DNA from: Eledone cirrhosa
Taxonomy: Eukaryota
Assembly (NCBI GenBank): GCA_964016885.1
Contig: OZ024745.1
Location: 52,762,001 to 52,826,000 of the forward strand
Direction of reading: 5' to 3'
Length of the DNA stretch: 64,000 nt
Part shown: piece after piece, positions 1 to 12,811 of the stretch
Position numbering within the stretch: position 1 is the first letter of the stretch
Layout of the letters: each line of letters begins with the position of its first letter
Position numbers and translations under genes: made by a program
Notes under the pieces: generated by a model
What the model saw: only the letters and a program-made list of their open reading frames with translations
What the model was told of the DNA's origin: nothing
Databases searched by the model: none

Positions 1-322
1 CTTTGGAGTAACGTTACTTGATAGAGTACGTAGCTCAGAGATCAGAGAGTGACATCAGATAGAGCCACTACTTCACCAAATTGTGAGATCACATCTCCTA
101 TACTATGGCCCTGTAATAAGTATGTCTCAGGAAAGAACCGTTGGACAGATTTTACGGGCAAAACCAATCGGTAGGAGACCTAGGAGTAAACCCGGAGCAA
201 GATGTTTATATAAAATCCGTGAGCTTGCTTTTTCTCGCTGGGAGGAGTGTCTGAGTATTCCTCCCCCACGTGCCTCTCATGAATAATGATGAGAAGAAGA
301 AGAAGAAGAAGAAGAAGAAGAA
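1..322 (+). mobile_element. RTE-clade LINE, decayed 3' end with (GAA)n tail
   Basis: Translation GVTLLDRVRSSEIRE*HQIEPLLHQIVRSHLLYYGPVISMSQERTVGQILRAKPIGRRPRSKPGAR resembles the RTE ORF C-terminus (DRVRN.EIR...QLRWFGHV.RM...GRRPRGRPR.RW). It has a stop codon and is followed by a GAA repeat at ~291-321. Confidence 0.75.
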
Positions 323-1172
323 TTGGACTAATGAGAACAACAGTAATAACATAAAAAGGACTATATGTTTCTGCTCTTGATAATGATCTTGTAGTTGGCA
401 GCTTCCTCATTTCTTCAAAATGAATAATATTCTAGAGACTAATTACACGCTTAGAAATGTTGTTTATTTTTGTTATTGGGCTATGTTTCACATTTACATT
501 TAGATCTCGTATTGTTACTTTTTTCTTCTCACGTTTTCGTTATTCTCCTTTCATTTTGTCATTCTCACACGTTTTCTCCTGTAAGTGACAAAACCGCCTC
601 TTTTTCCTGGAAGCCATTAGAAAATGTATTAAAATATCTAATAGGAATGTTCTAAGTTTACGATTTATTGATTTAATTAACAAGTCGCTTCAGTAAAAAG
701 AAAATTATTCCTGTTCAATTAACGTACCGCTGTAGCACGTTTGAGGTGCCAACAAGTTTTTAAGTGCTTTCCAGACATCAGCTTTTATTTCTTCATAAGA
801 ACGGAAATAGAAATAAAACAAGCAGCGAATATCCAACAAGGAAATGTTATGGAGTGTTATCCTGGGCAAGCTGGTACTATTCGACGTTATTTTAATTACC
901 CTGGAAACACATTCTTTTACACAGCTTGCTGAGAATGAATATTTCAATAAAGCAGCCAACTAAAATGGTGTCCAGCAGTGAAGGTTTGGCTCGGACATTA
1001 GATAAGTAGGTAAATGGAATAGAATCGTTTGACGAAAGAAAACTATAGCGTAAGACATTAATTCTGAAATAGGCACCAGAGGTATCTATTTTAAAACATC
1101 AAATACTGACTCGAACTGGTACAGTTTATTTTATTTCATCATTAAAATGCATTAAATACAAATAGGATTGCT

Positions 1173-1329
1173 ACACATGCATACACAAGCGCACACACAC
1201 ACGCACACATACATACACACACACGAATACACATACACACACATATACACAGAAGCACACACTCACCACGCACTCACATATACACACACACACACACATA
1301 TACACAGAAGCACCCACCCACCACGCACT

Positions 1330-1364
<35 letters not shown>

Positions 1365-1365
1365 C
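1173..1365. repeat. Imperfect (CA)n/(TA)n microsatellite
   Basis: Seen directly in the sequence. Confidence 0.95.
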
Positions 1366-1699
1366 AAAGTAGAACAATACAGTAGATGAAGTAGGAGGGC
1401 TGGAGAGATTCTTAGAATTAACCATTATTTAACAAGAACCTATTTTCTTTTCTATTTTATTATGCCGCCATATTGAAGTATTGTTACAGTAATTAGCCTC
1501 ATATTTAGTGGGTGGGGGTGAGCTTGCTGCTGTCCACTTTTCATCTAGTAACCAGAAGCGCAAGCATATATCTGAGCGATGCAGCGATTTGGGGTTTTCG
1601 AGCCAGGTTATTTTAAAACTAAATTAAGCAACAAAGGAGAGAGAATGTGGGACAAAACGATAGATTGCACGAACTAGCGCGAGCGGTATATTTCAGCTG

Positions 1700-1945
1700 C
1701 GCTCCTCAGAAAAGAATGATGAAGACATTGTTGCGGAGAATGGCCAGGGACGCCTGGTGCTGCAACCACCCTACCGTACGGGGCTCCATCCTGTGTTTGG
1801 CTGCAGTGTTCTCGATCGGTATAACCCTAATATTTTGTTATTTTCCTCTCCTCTGCAGCATTGCAGGCAGTGGGGTATAGATTTGCGGCCTAAGATTGGA
1901 GGCCGAGAACGTTTCTAATCTTGTGGCATCCCAAGTTAGAAATAT
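1700..1945 (-). mobile_element. CRE-clade non-LTR retrotransposon fragment (restriction-like endonuclease C-terminus)
   Basis: Minus-strand frames give LTWDATRLETFSASNL, PTACNAAEERKITKY* and MEPRTVGWLQHQASLAILRNNVFII. These match the CRE motifs LxWDAT.xDT.A, AAE.RK..KY and GDPR...L.Q.lSLAIQRGN. Frameshifted and internally deleted. Confidence 0.65.
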
Positions 1946-2200
1946 ATCACTCACATATGTTGATAGTGATTGTCCGAAAGATGTTACCCACTTCTCTGTG
2001 TAGGACGCCTCCACCATTCTTCCCTTTAATTCCAATCCTTATAATGGCAACGTTTTGATAATGGATGTCCCACAGGATGTGCATAGAGGAGATGCTGGAA
2101 ATCTTTATCTGATTATGATTAGACTTTTATGTACTAAGGGGCGTGAAATCAGGGTCCAATTTAGGAATCCTAAACGCTTCATATTATTTGTTCATTAGAT

Positions 2201-2357
2201 GCCATGCTTTGACGCATAGAGTTACGGCCCTTTCCATTCTGAGTTCAAATCCCGCCGAGGTTAACTTTGCCTTTCATCCTTACGGGGTCGATAAAATAAA
2301 GTACCAGTAATACACTGAGCAATTGCTGGCCTTGTGCCTAACGTAGAAACAATTATC
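2201..2357 (+). mobile_element. tRNA-type SINE (Octopus-like family), 5'-truncated, with TSD
   Basis: Core GAGTTCAAATCCCGCCGAGGTTAACTTTGCCTTTCATCCTTACGGGGTCGATAAAATAAAGTACCAG (B-box-like GAGTTCAAATC). Flanked by TGTTCATTAGAT at 2189-2200 and 2358-2369. Confidence 0.85.
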
Positions 2358-3049
2358 TGTTCATTAGATCTAAAGTAAGCTCTAACTGGTTTACAATAAT
2401 TAGCTTATTCACCGAAAATTGTAAAAATTTGTATAATAACCTGCCTACTGTTGCTTGAGTGTACCCATTGGCGTTACTTGTGATAGGAAGAGCATAATAT
2501 CAGGGATGGGAAATCATACACAAGCAAATAGCTATAATACAAACAATCGCATACGTTCGCGCCGTCAAACAATCTGAAGCTGACGTGCAAGGTGCTGGAA
2601 ATGCTTCCCTCGCAGAAAGAAAAAAATAATGATATTTAGTTGTTTTATTTTTATTTTCAGCGATGCACTGGTAGAAATCAGTACGTTAACACGATATTTT
2701 AAAGGAATTCACATTTATCCCTACGGTTTAAATATCAGACAGAACAACGATCAAATGAAATATTCCATTCATATGTGTGGTGACCTCTATATTTCTTGTC
2801 TGCGGAGACCAATTCCTCACAGACCAAGCAATTCTAATAACCGAAAAATAATGAAGCAATGTTGGCATATATTCATGAAAACATCTCAGAAATTGACAGA
2901 GTCGTCTATCAACGATAATATTGCTTTCAATAAAAAGATTATTGATCGCTAACTTGAAAAGCAGGGAACATAGCTAAAGAAAAAAAATAAAGGTTTAATG
3001 TCTTTGTATACACATAGAGAGAGACAGACACACACTGAAACACGCGCAC

Positions 3050-3100
3050 ACACATATATATATATATGTATAGTATATATATATATAGTATATATATATG

Positions 3101-3136
<36 letters not shown>

Positions 3137-3187
3137 CATAGGAGGTAGTCCAACCATTAACATTCTCCCAAATATAATTATATATAA

Positions 3188-3270
<83 letters not shown>
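3050..3270. repeat. (TA)n microsatellite, interrupted
   Basis: Seen directly in the sequence. Confidence 0.95.
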
Positions 3271-3276
<6 letters not shown>

Positions 3277-5159
3277 CGTGAGTGTGTTTATGTTTATGTT
3301 TGAGTCTATCGTGATAATATTTAAGAATCAATAGGGTTACTAATCAAGGTACTTTTAAGCACTGCAATATTTTAATCAAAAATTCTTCTTAGTGAATGTC
3401 TGAATGGGATATTACATAGATCTACTGCCGCCTTTCAAGTCTCCTTTGAAGAAAAGGGAGTGCAAATGTTGAAGTAACCTTATTCATTCACGAAATATTA
3501 TTTCGCATGTTGAATACGTTTTCAAACAAAACATTTTGCTGAAACAATTCTTTATTCATAACAACTAAACATTTAGAAATGAAATAGGAAATGAATATCA
3601 CATATGTATCTAATTATATTATATATCATCGATGCATTTTAATGAATATGTTAATTATAATATTTTTTTATGAATCTTGAATGAAAAAGCAAAATGCCAG
3701 ATAGTGGTGAAATATTCTCATTAAAGCAAGTCTCCGATAAAAATTATAGACACTTTTAGGATCCACATAATTCACGGCAACAACATAGAGCTTGTAATTT
3801 CAATCAGGAATATATACATTATAAAATATGTAGACACTAATCAGTGTAAAGAAAAACATTTTAAAGATTTCTTGGTTTTATATGTTTAAGCAGATAACGG
3901 ATATTAATAGATATTTTTTCCTTCACTTTCTTTTAATTACGTGAAATATACGAAAACACGATTCCTTAGAAATAAATGCATTGAGTGTCCCAGAAGGTAA
4001 GGGGTGTGCAGGACATTGACAAGCGGACCATTATATCCATCAACTGTATAAGCTATATTACAAAATCTAAGTAAAAAAACACGGGTTATTTTTTTCACTG
4101 AATCACAAAGGGATGAATTAAGATTCATATATCTCTAATTTTCCGAACGAAATTTTTATAGAAATGTGTTCTATGAGAAAGTTTCAAGACGAATTTAATT
4201 AAGTAATTTTGACAAGAAGAGTCAATAAATTCAAAGCAATATGCATATAATTCAATTACGAAATACGTTGTTTAGTATTTTCTGCATATTTGGCGATCCT
4301 ATCCGACTTAATAGCGTGAAGTTATTTCATTGTAATTTGTTCAGTCACTGCTGTGATATTAACTCTGCATTCTGTTAAACCTACACATTCGTCCTATAAA
4401 TTTTATTTAACATATATAATCAACTCTAACATATATAATCTATAAATGCACCAAGAACAGTTGTATCTCCCTAAAGTCAAAATATGAAGTATTATTTTGT
4501 CATCATTTAATGTTTAGAATATGCGCTACAAATTTTGAAGTGATTACAAAAAGCATACGTACAGTTTTGGGTTATTAGAATTTTCAATGCTATTTTTCGT
4601 TTTTGGTGGCTAGCTTTAATTTGTTTAAACTGGCACTTTGTGACATAATCAGACAAGAGTCGGTGGTGCCTGTGCAAGTTGTCAAGGGCTTAAATATTTC
4701 AAGGGTGGATATTTCTCTCACGTTAAAAAATACGTTGTTAATTGGAAATACAACATGAATATTACGTGTGTATACCTGTATGATTACGTAAATTACTGAT
4801 TGTTTAATAACCTAATGAGTTGTTTGAAATGGGACAGATACTTCATAAATGACGTGAAAGTATTTCCAAAATCGAATGGCTACACTTTACATCTAACGGG
4901 AGCTTACCATCTTCACAGATGGTGGCCTAGTTCACTGAACTGAAATATCCGTGGTGCTATTTACTTCGAGATAATTGGTGACATTTTGATAAAAATTTCA
5001 TGTTTTTCAAATTGATTTTGATAATTTTTGTTGCGACCGTATTTGGCCCTGTTTCGATTGTTTCACATGGCAGTAGTGCTTCCAGGGATTTAGTTAGTAT
5101 GTGCTTCACAGCGGAATAGACTCAAATTTAAAAATGATTATTAATTTGGGCACACGGTG

Positions 5160-5330
5160 CACGATTACTTTTTTTGCGGGGGGGGGGTTGTAGTGTCAAT
5201 TATAGTTACCCAGTACCTGACTGGATCTTCATTCTATCAACCACTAAAATATGAAATACAAAGTTAAACTTGGCGTGACTTTAACTCAGAATGTGAATAT
5301 CATCTACAAATACCGCAATAGCATTTCCCA
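5160..5330 (-). mobile_element. Highly decayed SINE copy
   Basis: Residual CCCAGTAC..ACTGG and AAAGTTAAACTTGGCGTGACTTTAACTCAGAA resemble the reverse complement of the SINE core. Confidence 0.5.
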
Positions 5331-5978
5331 GCGTATATATATATAAATAAAACAATTCAGACCTATAGGCTGGTGTTATAGTCTGAAATATAATATTCTT
5401 TTAATATTAGGAAACTTGACATTTTAAGAACCTTAGAAATAATTTTGTTGAAATTTAAATGTTTGCTTGTCATCGTAATGATATTTACTGTTTCCCAAAA
5501 TGTTCCTTGATTCCTTACCTTAATTAAATCAAGGGCGTATTGGTTGTAGAAAACGTAATATACTGAAAAAGAAGTGGTAGTTATTAATGTATATAATATG
5601 TAAAAAATAATTAATATCACGCATTCTATGTGTGGCAGAGATTTGTGATCTTGTAAGTGAGTGAATAAACGAGTGAGGTCGAGAGTTTGACAAATAAAGC
5701 CACCATTTGGAATTATGTTTAGTTCGATAGGTAATGGTAAAAAATAAAGAGTCCGCTGGTGCCACTGTAGAGCTGGTTTATATGATACTTTCAAAAGTGT
5801 CAGAAAAGCACATTACTTGTTCACCGCCTTATTAGTTTAACTAATCTATCATTATCATACATTTTCCTTCTATATATTTAAATGAAAATAACATAAAACA
5901 CGTTTCAATTGAAAAGCTAAATGATGAAAAGCAAATAAATCGTTTAGTATAAGTAACAACACTGTTTCTCTCCGGCTG

Positions 5979-6009
<31 letters not shown>

Positions 6010-7307
6010 GAGTGTATGTATGTGTTTGTACTTGTGTACGTATGTGTACGTATGTGTTTGTGTGCTTGTATGAGCGTGTATTACAGAAGTGTAGCAGAGA
6101 TGTTAGTTTGTGTGAATAATAAGTAGGTGAGACTCTTCGTCTTGAATACGTATATATAAGTGACTACAGAATTGTTGAAAATGTTCATGTCAGATGTCAT
6201 TTGTTATCTATTCAATAGATTTCTTTACCTTGCCAGTCAAAATTCTCCTTAGGTCATTTCTTATGCTATACGGCCATATATTTATTGAACGATTGAACGT
6301 CAGATATAGAATTTTCTTATGTTTTAATGTAACACAGAAACGTTGATATAATTCTGTCTCGGACGACATTATGCACTTTTGACATCCATTTTTAATCCCC
6401 TGATGATGGTTAAGCAGTTCTATTTAAATGTTGTTTTTATTCTTTTTACTCTATTGTAAGATTCTGAATTGCTTTCTGTTATTTCCTTCGTTCTTTATGA
6501 ACAAATATATTTTTGTTAATGCAATTATGATTTTGTTTTTAATACAAAAACAAAACAAAAAGTGTGCACTATAATGTGTAAGAAAGATTGAATAGAAAAG
6601 TTGTATCTAGTTAAAAGAAATAAAATAGATTTAATTGCTTGACTTTTGCCAATGAGATATACCCAGGGAGTTGTGGCATTGATAGCTTATAAGAAAGATT
6701 TACTGATTAAAGAAAGATTATTTAACTACAAAGAGAGAACATGTTGTAATTGCCGAACCATCGCTTGATATTTTCTCTTCTCTGGACTATTTGCCAGAAT
6801 ATTTCTGTGAGTTAATTACGTTGTTCTAACCTAACCCCACGTTTGCCACTGATCTAGCCGAACCCTGAAATAATGGCATTGATTATCTAGAACAGATGCG
6901 ACAATCATATTGCTGACTTACTATGCATATTCCAGACTCATTGCAATATAGCCCCTTCTAGAAAATCGTGACTAATATTGTGGAGAACAGGGTGGCTGTA
7001 CAGAGAACCTTTCTTTCTTCAAAGTACAACGTACGTAGATATTTACCTAATGTTTGCATCTACAATTGATAAAGTTAGAGAAACCTCTGATATAACCTTG
7101 CAATTACTATTCATGTGGTATACACGGCAGTATAGGATTTGTGATTATCTTTGGGATTACTGTTCGCGATGTTCATATTTCACTCTGTTCACATACAGGC
7201 GAAAATATTTTTGTTTGGTTTCAAAGCCAATATTAGGAGTTAAATTTTGTGTATACCTATATTGAATTAAGCTACTTTAAACAGCCTTATATTCCATCAT
7301 TCATGCC

Positions 7308-7497
7308 AGTAGTGGATTGGCATTATCGGTAGAGGGTCGGCCGCCATGCTTTCCAGCATAGTTACGTCCCTTTACGGTCTGAGTTCAAATCCCGCCGAGG
7401 TTAAATTTGCCTTTCATCCTTACGGGGTCAATACAATTAAGTACCAGTAATGCACTGGGTAATTGCTGGCCTTGTGCCAAAAGTAGAAACAATTATA
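7308..7497 (+). mobile_element. SINE, near full length
   Basis: Head GTGGATTGGCATTATCGGTAGAG, the same core as 2201-2357, and tail GGCCTTGTGCCAAAAGTAGAAAC. Confidence 0.85.
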
Positions 7498-7825
7498 TTT
7501 AAATTGCTGCGTTTTCTTCTTATTCGTTATATTATTATTTATTTGATTATCTTTTTTTTCTATTTTGTTTTCCTACTTATTATTATTGTTTATACTTTGT
7601 TTTCTACGCACATTCCTCTTCTTTGATCCTATTACACTCTTCTATATGTTATCATTATTTATATTTCTGGGAACACATATACAATTACTGCGTTTCCACA
7701 TCGCAAATAAAGGTTATTAGATCTGGAGTATCGAGACTAAAAATATAAGGTGGCATAACCCCTGTCAGTTAATTAATATATCGATTAATCATGATCAATT
7801 CTTCTTCTGAAACGATCGTGAGCAA

Positions 7826-7925
7826 TGATTAACTTTGCCTTTCCTCCTTACGGGGTCGATAACATAAAGTACCAGTAATGTACTGGTTAATTGATGGCCT
7901 TGTGCCAAAAGTGGAAACAATTATA
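7826..7925 (+). mobile_element. SINE 3' half
   Basis: TTAACTTTGCCTTTCCTCCTTACGGGGTCGATAACATAAAGTACCAG...GGCCTTGTGCCAAAAGTGGAAAC. Confidence 0.8.
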
Positions 7926-10900
7926 TTAATTTCAATGTTGAGTGTGATGATTAAATGTTGTATAACACAATATTGTTTCAGTCACTTTTAAAGTTTTATA
8001 TTGTAATGTTTTGTTTGCCTTGTTAACTTAGTGTATATATACGTGGAATATTTATGTTCGTCATGGATCTATGGCCGTCAAACATTAAATAATAATTTTA
8101 CTTCTGGATTTATTATTGTAGTTTATATTAGTATTTTTTAAATATCTGATTCATCTCACCTAGTGGCATCTATTTTTCAACACTGAAGATATCTGAATTT
8201 TTTCAGGCATGCTGCTGCTCCTCTCCTTTTTGACTATAGACCTTTTTGCGGTTAGCTGGATAATTTGTGAGTATCAAGTCTTCTTTCAGGCCTATATTTC
8301 GAAAATTCTACTAATATATATATTCAGTCCCCTTAATGTCTGTCACGAGGGGTTAGCTAAGCCTGTAGCTGTTGTTTAGTAGTGCATGTGACGGAGTTAG
8401 GTCGTTATGTTTAGTGTAATATAAGACATGGGTGAGCTAGTAGGATTGTGTTATGACCATTTTATTCAAAAGAAAATTAACTACGTACATAAAATGAAAT
8501 TCTTTAAATATTACACCGACACATAGTTATATCTTTAGTTTAACAGTAAATCTATCCTGGTAGGAATAGCACACGACTCATGAAATATTAACTTATTGAT
8601 AATAGCATTGGAAAAACAAAATAATAATTATAGAAAGTCTATTATCTATTGATTCCCCGAATAAAACAATTCTGTAATTATAACAGATATAATCTATAAA
8701 AAGTGACAACCACTATAGAACAATATTTTCAAGTTTGTCTTTTGATTAGTTTTTAATTTTTTTTTTACCAAGATTTCTATTCTATAATTTCCTTTCGTTT
8801 TATTATTCATTTGTTTTTTTGTTTTTTTCAATTAGGTGCTGTAGATTTTGACTATAATTTTCGGGAAATTTGGAAACGTTTCAATCTTAATAACAGCATT
8901 AAAGGTGGAGTCACATCTAACAGAACAGGGAGTGTGTCGGACAATTTGCTTAAGTATCGATGTTCTGTTCATAGTCAATACACTTAACTGTCGTAGATGT
9001 AATGCACTTCGTTGTAAATTGGTAGAATGGATAGCTATAACTTACTTATTGTTAAAACACGTAGATATACATTATACCTAATAATGGCTTTGTTATATGA
9101 ATATAGCTTTTGTTAGAAAAATAAAATCTCCATGATAGATTTGTTTAAGGCCCTTAACCCGACTTAATTCTGGACGTTATATGAAGCGGTGCATGTAGCC
9201 TTTACCTAAATTCAGTATAAAATTCATCGCATATTTGGACCGTATACTTCCTTTAAACGATTCAATCCCCTAAACGCTCAACAATATAAAGCAACTTTTT
9301 TTGGTGGTGCAATACATACAAACATTGCAATATTAATTATTCCGTACATTATTCCAATATTTATAGGACTGATGACAAATATTAGAAGTACTTACAGCAT
9401 TTCTCAGTGATATTGTGTTGTTAACTCCGCATCATGCCTAACTACATATGCCAACGCTTAGAGCACGAGAATAGAAACACAGATACTGTGAGTAGTGTCA
9501 TTCTAATGTTGTGTCATATAACATAGTGTATATATAATTGTCATTGAAAAAACTCCACAATATATTCTTTTTTCACGTGATTTCATAGCCACCTGTACAA
9601 TATGCCTATTTGTATTACTAACTAAAACACGTTATTATGTTTATAGGATTTGAAGCACACTAGATATGGATTATAAATTTATCATTAAGAGTGGATATGA
9701 AACCTTAACTTAACATTACAGTTTTAATGAAAAACAAAAATATCATTATGCATAATTATTCCCGCGGAATTTGGATTGAACAACATCGGAATTTAGATTA
9801 ATTAAGAATGCAGAGGCGAGGGTGTATGGTTTATTTCCGAAGGGTTAAAAATTCGGGAATGGTTTGGTAATATTAGACGTGTCCATAAGTATGCTGCTGA
9901 ATACCCATTTACCAAGAAATTGTAGCTATAGATATTTTAAATGTAGAATTATAACGTACACATTATTTTTTATCTGCATGAGAAACCTGTCATTACAATT
10001 CAACGCACGTGCGTGGTTCTGTGTTTCCGTAGTGTTGTAGATCAGTGTCACAATTTCACTGAAGCCGTTGAGGAAAATGCATCACAACATATTGAGTACT
10101 ATTTTTCAAATCGCACAGCTTCTCCCATTTCCACATATGGATATCACTTCAATAGTTTGATCGAGTTCTTCAAGGCTTCGTCGTCGACATATGTATTCTT
10201 AGAAATATTTAGTGATGTTACACTAAAATCATATAACTCATCTACAAAACAATGATTCGAGTAGAGAGAAACACAAATGTGTAATTTAACTTTCATAACT
10301 TCTTTTCGAAATATAAAAAACGTTAACAAGTTGATCGAAATATATTAATTCGTAAATAAGAATAAATTGAAATGAAAACACATTAATAATATATGACAAG
10401 TGATCAGTCTTTTTATACAATTAATCTCTACGAGTGTTTCTATGTTTATTAATTATGTGTCATATATTCATTACTTTTCCTCTAATTTATATACTCATAT
10501 TCTAAACTGTATTAGTCATGAATAAGTTTGAAATATAATCACTAGTCGTATATTTGTAATCATTTTTGTTCGTGTCATACAGCGTTTATGGCAGACTTGG
10601 TAGATGTTAAGTTAATTTAGTCATTTATATTGTTTGCCTTGAAAATAATGTCTATACATGACATAAAATGTGAACCTTTTTTTTTCATATATTGTTATAT
10701 TACACAATATCGACTACATCCATCATTGTCAATTTATGTTAACTGGGAAGGATGTTCGAAGTATTATGAGATAATTTAGTAAGAAAAGTTTTAATCGATT
10801 TTAAATTCATATATTTTTAGATATTTAGTGCACCCATGTATAACAACAAGTACTATGCCTATAAAAAAACAATTCATATCAGTTTTATATATTTTATCTC

Positions 10901-10939
10901 AAATAAAATATTTCTCGTTTAGACATTGCTTTCATTCAT

Positions 10940-11500
10940 ATAGCATACCTAGACTTCGAAAGCTGTAGTGAAGTCAACCCGTCCAGGAGAGAAGACACAG
11001 ATATAGGTTAGAGAGGGCTCTTTAGTCTAGAAAGACAACCTCTCTAGTGCTGATGACACGAATTATGTACCCTTCTCTTGCTGTAAAGTGATACATGCTA
11101 TGAGAGTGGTGATGAACTATATACAAATAATGTAGAGGTCAAGTGGAAATTGGATCCATAGATGTGTTTGATAGCTCCTGCTATCTGGATTATCTAATTA
11201 GCAGCAGAGGAGGGTGCCGCGAGGCTATAATATCTTTACTAAGGATAGGATGGAAGACGTTTACAGAGCTAACCCCACTGTTGACAACAATATTATTCTC
11301 CCTAAGTAGAAAATGACGACTTAATGACGCCTGTGTGCGAAGTGCGATGCTGCATGCTAGTGTACTGTAAAGAGTGACTGCGGAGGACATGCGAAAACTG
11401 GTGAGAAATGAGGCATACCTTATTCTTTGGATGTTTAATGTAAATGTGAGAGAAAATTAAAACTTTGAAGAAATGAGAGGGGATATAGTCATATATTTAA
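10940..11500 (+). mobile_element. RTE-clade LINE internal fragment (RT C-terminal/thumb region), decayed
   Basis: The + frame reads IDVFDSSCYLDYLISSRGGCREAIISLLRIGWKTFTELTPLL...RLNDACVRSAMLHAS...VTAEDMRKLVRNEAYLILWMFNV, typical of RTE (FxYLG...GGC...RI..AW.KF.EL.PLL...LY.ACVR.AMLHGSETW). In-frame stops are present. Confidence 0.8.
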
Positions 11501-12811
11501 GAATATTTTATCTTGTTTCGTCGTGTTACAATTTCCTGTTCATTGGAAGGCCTTCTGATCAAAACATTGAGGGACATGATTTATAGTGATCTCTAAGGGT
11601 CAGTTGTGGTAATGTGGCTTGTCCATATGGTTTCTGTTGACCCCCCCCCCTCCCCCCGACAGAGAGTATAAGAAGATATAAAGATGCCTTGAAAATTCTA
11701 TCTCAAATATAATATGAACAATGAGAGGTATAGTATTTAATTCACAAGATAAAAAGAAAAAAATGTTTTACAGAAAAAAAAACAGTAAGACCAGCTCGAA
11801 AATGTTCATATCAAAGAACATAAAATGATACAGAATATAAATTACGACTAATTGGTGCATAGCGGTCGGCACACAGGCCACACCCGTAAACGCCGAAGGC
11901 TCAAAACATGTGTGCAGGGAAGAACAACTTCAATAATAAACGCAGCGGAAGGACTACCTATACATTTTGGTCAGTTCAACAGTCCCCGCCTCCACCGTGC
12001 TGAATGACTGACCAGCTGAAATAAACAGCAAGACAGATAGGGAAGAAAATGCCCATTAAACGATAATGTTTCTTATATAACACAACAATGTGTGTCACAA
12101 TGGGCATCATGTTTGTCTGCTACGTTCAGTCTACAATATTCAGCCATCATTAACGATATGGCTTCTTCCTGCTTGACATAATTCTACACAAACAGCTGGC
12201 CAGGATATACATAATAAAAAGAAATTTTGAATTTCCTATCCAGAATCATGACCATATGGTAAATTTATGTACATCTATTAAAGTAGCAATTTCAAAATGC
12301 GTTGGAATATATACATTTCATTAATACCATGTACATCACTTAACTGAACTATCCGTAATTAGTTTTCATCTACACAAATGTAGGTAAACCATCCGCGTGA
12401 AAAGCTAATAAGAATTTGATTTATAAGTATGCAAGCTGGTGCTTCTCCTCCGATATTAAGAGTGGGAATGTATATCATTTGTAAAGAATTTACCATCATT
12501 GCAGTCCTTATGAAGTAAATTTGAAAAACCTCGCGTAATTACGAGTCTCGTAAGTACATAGCATGTACGCTGTTCTCATTCCCAACTGTTTTTGTTAATT
12601 TTATTTTCAAGTGGTTATCGTTTATAGGGAAAGAATGTAATCCAGACTGCAAACTACCGGAAATGGTCTTCATTTATGCAGTGCACGTTCAGCTAACACA
12701 TTTAATTTTAGCCAATGCAATGTAACTTATTTTTAAATCAGAGAATGAGGACGCCGCAATGTAATTTCATTGTGCATAAAGACAATGCACATTTGACCAT
12801 AGCAGATTGAT

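Noticed and set aside
1685-1712. Minus-strand CTGAGGA-GCGCAGCT-GAAA hammerhead-like string
   Set aside because: No stem I and only a 2-bp stem II; likely chance.
2629-2952. 107-aa ORF behind a TTTTCAG acceptor-like site
   Set aside because: No recognisable homology or supporting neighbouring exons, so it cannot be supported as a CDS.
5363-5794. 143-aa minus-strand ORF
   Set aside because: No recognisable motif, TTG start, and composition typical of AT-rich non-coding DNA.
8341-8470. TGTCACG start suggestive of an LTR
   Set aside because: No matching ...ACA end, second LTR, PBS or gag/pol sequence found.
11958-12016. Possible minus-strand exon (TTTATTTCAG acceptor)
   Set aside because: Weak donor and unrecognisable peptide.
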